This document shows, piece by piece, positions 53,483-54,855 of a DNA stretch of 54,855 nt. The stretch spans positions 1 through 54,855 of IMG/VR virus record IMGVR_UViG_3300002144_000245. One strand, 5' to 3'. Both the position numbers and the translations under genes were made by a program. The stretch's first letter is position 1; the number at the start of each line of letters is the position of its first letter. This stretch comes from a virus (lineage: Duplodnaviria > Caudoviricetes). The notes beneath the pieces were generated by a model that was given only the letters and a program-made list of their open reading frames with translations, did no database searches and had not been told where the DNA came from.

Positions 53483-54855
53483 GTTCACTTCAAACTTTTT
53501 GTTAAGGGACTTAGCAAGTTCAGTTACATTTTGGACATCGATAAATTCAGAATCATTACCATACATTTTTCGGAATTGGTCTTTACCATATGTTCCATAA
53601 TCAGATATAAAGTAAGACAATACCTTCACACCGGCTTGACGAATCTTTTTAATTTGAGCGGCGGTGTGTTCGATAGCGTAACTACCATTATACGTAATCT
53701 CTGAGTTATCAAATCCTGGGAACCCATCTGAAAAGTTAATCAGATAAGTATCAGTACCATTTTGAGTAGCAGTCAATTCTTTCATAACGGCCTCATAACA
53801 CAAACCCTCTGGAGTAGTACCATCATACGTAATGTGTTTAAATAAGTTTTGAATTTTTGAAAACTTATCTTTACGAGAGTCATAAGCAATCAACATCAAT
53901 GGTTGAGTCCGACCATTTGCGTAATAAACTCCTCGATATGAAATCACAACATTTATGTTATCAGTCATTGAAGACGCTTTAGCTATAGCGACAGCTGCTG
54001 TTTGGGTGTTATTCCATTTGTCACCACCCATCGACGAACTTGCGTCAATTGAAAGGTGAAGAAGTACCGGAGTTGATTTGTTAATTAAAGTTTGTTCAAA
54101 AATAGAGAAATTACCAAACCCAATCTCATGAATCATACGACCACTTAACTTTCCACTTTTCATTCGTGGTGTAGTCAAGATACGTTCTTCATTACGAGTT
54201 TTTAATTTCTTACCCAACATAGTTCCCAATCGAATACCTTTCAGTATATGAACTTCATTTCGAGAGTAAGTCCAGTCACTTCGACTCAACATACCAACCA
54301 TATTAGAATCTATCAAATTCTTTGTTAAATTATTAATGATATAGGTCTGAACCCCATTTGAAGAAAGACCACCATAGTAACCATGATTGACCCCCTTACC
54401 AGTAACTTCAGTTTTAATATCAGCCTTATCTAAAGTATCAATTTTATTTTTATCACCTTTAGCCATTTTGGTTTTTTTGATATCACCATCTTGGAATTCT
54501 TTTTGTTTTTGAATAGCATTGTCCAACATCTTTCGTTGGCGGTCTGAAAGCGGTTCATATTGACCACCAGCCCCATTCACATTTGGACCAACAGATGACT
54601 CACCACTTGGTGTGTCAGTTTCTTGGTCAGTTTCTTCTCCATCATCAGAATCAGATGGGGATGACTCACCTTTACCACTAGCACTCATTCCATTATCAGA
54701 AGTAGGTTGGTCTTCAGTATCACCACTCATAGGAGACTCACCATTTTCATGACCACCCTCTTGTGGTTCACCCTTACCACCATCCGATGATTGTTGACCA
54801 TCAGAAACTTCAACATACTTTTCAATAACCATTAGAATGGCGCCGGCAACATCAA
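53477..54855 (-). CDS. vWA-domain protein (CobT-like MoxR partner), N-terminally truncated by the window
   Basis: Acidic linker, KSGKL, MIDAS IDASSSM, GTTPEG, INFSDGFP; the frame stays open to the window end. Confidence 0.88.
   Translation of the reverse strand, partial: DVAGAILMVIEKYVEVSDGQQSSDGGKGEPQEGGHENGESPMSGDTEDQPTSDNGMSASGKGESSPSDSDDGEETDQETDTPSGESSVGPNVNGAGGQYEPLSDRQRKMLDNAIQKQKEFQDGDIKKTKMAKGDKNKIDTLDKADIKTEVTGKGVNHGYYGGLSSNGVQTYIINNLTKNLIDSNMVGMLSRSDWTYSRNEVHILKGIRLGTMLGKKLKTRNEERILTTPRMKSGKLSGRMIHEIGFGNFSIFEQTLINKSTPVLLHLSIDASSSMGGDKWNNTQTAAVAIAKASSMTDNINVVISYRGVYYANGRTQPLMLIAYDSRKDKFSKIQNLFKHITYDGTTPEGLCYEAVMKELTATQNGTDTYLINFSDGFPGFDNSEITYNGSYAIEHTAAQIKKIRQAGVKVLSYFISDYGTYGKDQFRKMYGNDSEFIDVQNVTELAKSLNKKFEVNI

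Noticed and set aside
1035-53704. Plus-strand ORFs and short nested minus-strand ORFs in the track (e.g. 1519..1821, 35902..36414, 52629..52955, 4178..4378)
   Set aside because: They lie antisense to or inside well-supported genes, lack recognisable motifs and look like shadow frames
1-54855. Stop-codon reassignment (alternative genetic code)
   Set aside because: Standard code 11 gives full-length, densely packed core genes with no fragmentation
1-54855. tRNA, rRNA, introns or inteins, integrase, transposase, or a diversity-generating retroelement
   Set aside because: Intergenic gaps are short with no cloverleaf seen; TerL, portal and capsid are uninterrupted; no reverse transcriptase or recombinase motifs; the 45-bp repeat pair has too few mismatches to suggest a TR/VR pair

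Overview
A 54.9 kb, AT-rich fragment of a large T4-like (myovirus-type) bacteriophage genome, with all credible genes on the minus strand. Left part: head morphogenesis cluster (TerL, gp20-like portal, gp21-like prohead protease, acidic scaffold, gp23-like major capsid), PhoH and a phage ribosomal protein bS21. Middle: fused Mre11-Rad50 (gp47-gp46), primase, T7 endonuclease I-like resolvase, baseplate and tail genes, and a late sigma factor. Right part: HD hydrolase, ClpP, UV endonuclease, Hsp20, small unknown ORFs and a MoxR AAA+/vWA pair. Several TTTG-N19/20-TAnnTTT(G/A) promoters, a DUF4494-like gene and bS21 point to a Bacteroidota host (inference). The most striking unexplained structure is a set of polyprotein ORFs in the head cluster. 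They are built from unrelated ~60-130 aa modules joined by recurring ESVNE/ESVVTE linkers that are conserved at the DNA level, and they carry T4-like ~10-aa capsid-targeting leaders. I interpret this as a shuffleable, protease-processed capsid cargo system, which probably also includes a nucleotidyltransferase + HExxH + ligase-like polyprotein. Further signals: Shine-Dalgarno use splits between late and early genes alongside bS21, a TA(T/C)TTAT(A/T) candidate late promoter, and Pho-box-like and sigma54-like regulatory sites. All family calls come from motif recognition by eye; no database searches were run.
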